Below, piece after piece: positions 53,331-54,445 of a DNA stretch of 54,445 bases. The translations under genes and the position numbers were made by a program. This stretch comes from a virus (Duplodnaviria > Caudoviricetes). A model generated the notes under the pieces. That model was given only the letters and a program-made list of their open reading frames with translations, searched no databases and was not told the origin of the DNA. Within the stretch, counting starts at the first letter, position 1. Each line of letters opens with the position of its first letter. The stretch spans positions 1 through 54,445 of the IMG/VR virus record IMGVR_UViG_3300011116_000620, one strand, 5' to 3'.

Positions 53331-53846
53331 TTACTCTACTATATCCGAAGTGGCTTGGCAAGCATTATTTTCAGTCTTGGGAATAAATTCCCAAGCATCC
53401 GTGATTCGCTGGCGGGGAGTGTTGCGTACATTGTCTAGGATAATTCCATCAACTACCGCAAAGGCATGACCGCTACGGCGACAATAGAATTTTCCAGTCG
53501 GATGATTTTTTATAAATTCTTCAATCGTGGTTGGTTGAAATGTTCTGACTCCGTCACCATGCCTGTCGATTATTTTGAAAAAGTTGATATCGCTTTTTTT
53601 GGCCTCTTCAAGCAGTCTTTCTGGATAAAACCCGCAACGCTTTTTACGACCAGCATCTCGCCCGATTTTGTGGGCAGTCGCATATTCGATTCCAGCCGAT
53701 AGTGCCAATGCTCGAATCGTGCAATCACGATATTCCTTAAATCGTGTCTTGCCCAACCCGCCGTCAGTCTTGACTTGCGGGATGCCATGCTTGTGACCCA
53801 CTGGATAGCTTTTTCCGTCAATTTGGATTCTGGTTTGTTCGCTCAT
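53331..53846 (-). CDS. Putative papain-like (Cys-His-Asp) protein
   Basis: DCTIRALA..GHAFAVVDG..LD. Confidence 0.5.
   Translation of the reverse strand: MSEQTRIQIDGKSYPVGHKHGIPQVKTDGGLGKTRFKEYRDCTIRALALSAGIEYATAHKIGRDAGRKKRCGFYPERLLEEAKKSDINFFKIIDRHGDGVRTFQPTTIEEFIKNHPTGKFYCRRSGHAFAVVDGIILDNVRNTPRQRITDAWEFIPKTENNACQATSDIVE
53333..53361 (-). promoter_or_regulatory. Repeated promoter TTGCCA-N17-TAGAGT
   Basis: 17-bp spacer containing TTCGGAT. Confidence 0.85.
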
Positions 53847-53855
53847 CGTGGTTGT

Positions 53856-53884
53856 ATATTACATCATCCCAACCCGCTTGGCAA
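53856..53884 (-). promoter_or_regulatory. Repeated promoter TTGCCA-N17-TAATAT
   Basis: 17-bp spacer; A-rich UP element. Confidence 0.85.
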
Positions 53885-53932
53885 GGATTATTTTTAACTT
53901 TTTTACCCCCCTAAAATTATTTTATTTTTCTA

Positions 53933-53961
53933 TTGACTGCAAAGCCGTTTCGCAGTACACT
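53933..53961 (+). promoter_or_regulatory. Sigma70 promoter TTGACT-N17-TACACT, leaderless start
   Basis: ATG 6 nt after the -10 box; divergent from the 53856-53884 promoter. Confidence 0.8.
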
Positions 53962-53967
53962 CTGCCC

Positions 53968-54445
53968 ATGATCAAAAACATCAAAGACCTCTCCGAGCAA
54001 GAAGTCCGAGAAATCGTTGCGAAGCTTGATGTCCAACTGGACGAAGTTCGCAAGGCTCTCAAGGCCGAGGGTGATCGGATCAATGCTGAATATGCCCCCA
54101 AGCTCAAGGCTGGCGAGCGTGTTCATTTGCAGTCGATTGAAAGCTACTCCCTGCTTTCTCGAAAATTCAACTCGATCTATTCCAGTCGTGATCCTTATGC
54201 TCGCAAGCTGGAAAAGTTCGACAAGATCAATCGCAAGAATGCTCGTGAATCCAAAAAGAATGCCAAAGAAATTGAGCAGAATCGGATCGAGGGTCTTGCT
54301 TCAAATCTCCGCAAGCTCCTAGCCCCTGTTGAAAAAGCCCTTGCCGAGTCCATCATCCAAAACGACAACGCCCTCCTTGAGTCTCAAGATAAAAAGCTCT
54401 CTGGGTTTTCCAAGCCCTACCATATCAAATCGGTTAACCTTCGCC
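53968..54445 (+). CDS. 5' part of the origin-spanning hypothetical protein (MIKNIKDLSEQEVRE...)
   Basis: Open to the window end; continues in frame at base 1. Confidence 0.85.
   Translation, partial: MIKNIKDLSEQEVREIVAKLDVQLDEVRKALKAEGDRINAEYAPKLKAGERVHLQSIESYSLLSRKFNSIYSSRDPYARKLEKFDKINRKNARESKKNAKEIEQNRIEGLASNLRKLLAPVEKALAESIIQNDNALLESQDKKLSGFSKPYHIKSVNLR
54319..54445. repeat. 127-bp direct repeat (right copy)
   Basis: Identical to 1-127. Confidence 0.95.

Larger units (their letters stand above)
1..54318. mobile_element. Complete tailed dsDNA phage genome (lambda-like head, non-contractile tail), circularly permuted assembly
   Basis: Terminase, portal, capsid, tail, lysis and replication genes; exact end overlap; an ORF runs across the junction in frame. 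Confidence 0.95.

Noticed and set aside
54319-54445. 127-bp terminal repeat as a biological direct terminal repeat
   Set aside because: It falls mid-gene, its length matches a common assembler k-mer, and the GpA-type terminase points to ends near terS
1-54445. Alternative genetic code or diversity-generating retroelement
   Set aside because: Long genes are intact in the standard code; no reverse transcriptase or adenine-variable repeat pair was seen

Overview
This window is an apparently complete, circularly assembled tailed dsDNA phage genome of about 54,318 bp; bases 1-127 are repeated exactly at 54319-54445. It has a lambda-like head and packaging module (terS, GpA-type terL, lambda-type portal, protease/scaffold, decoration protein, major capsid), a non-contractile tail module, ERF/exonuclease/replication-initiator genes and a holin/spanin/M15 endolysin lysis cassette, which implies a diderm host. 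No integrase, tRNA or CRISPR array was seen, and almost all genes are on the minus strand. Main observations: (1) a CmoA-like carboxy-SAM synthase is coupled to a C5 DNA methyltransferase whose motif X Asn is replaced by Arg (GRTV), predicting DNA carboxymethyl-cytosine, and a second gene is nested out of frame in the MTase; (2) a 1433-aa head-module polyprotein carries three ADP-ribosyltransferase-like modules, a Cys-rich module and a zeta-toxin-like kinase, separated by five YDPxQxRDxxGKW repeats; (3) a glycosylation cluster includes an exostosin(GT47)-radical SAM fusion; (4) there are two repeated expression signals, TTGCCA-N17-TAGAGT-type promoters on small-gene cassettes and a TTGACA-N13..17-ATG motif on structural genes; (5) an unannotated CTG-start histone-fold-like gene; (6) three pairs of tandem paralogous tail genes. 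All functional calls come from motif recognition by eye; no database searches were run.
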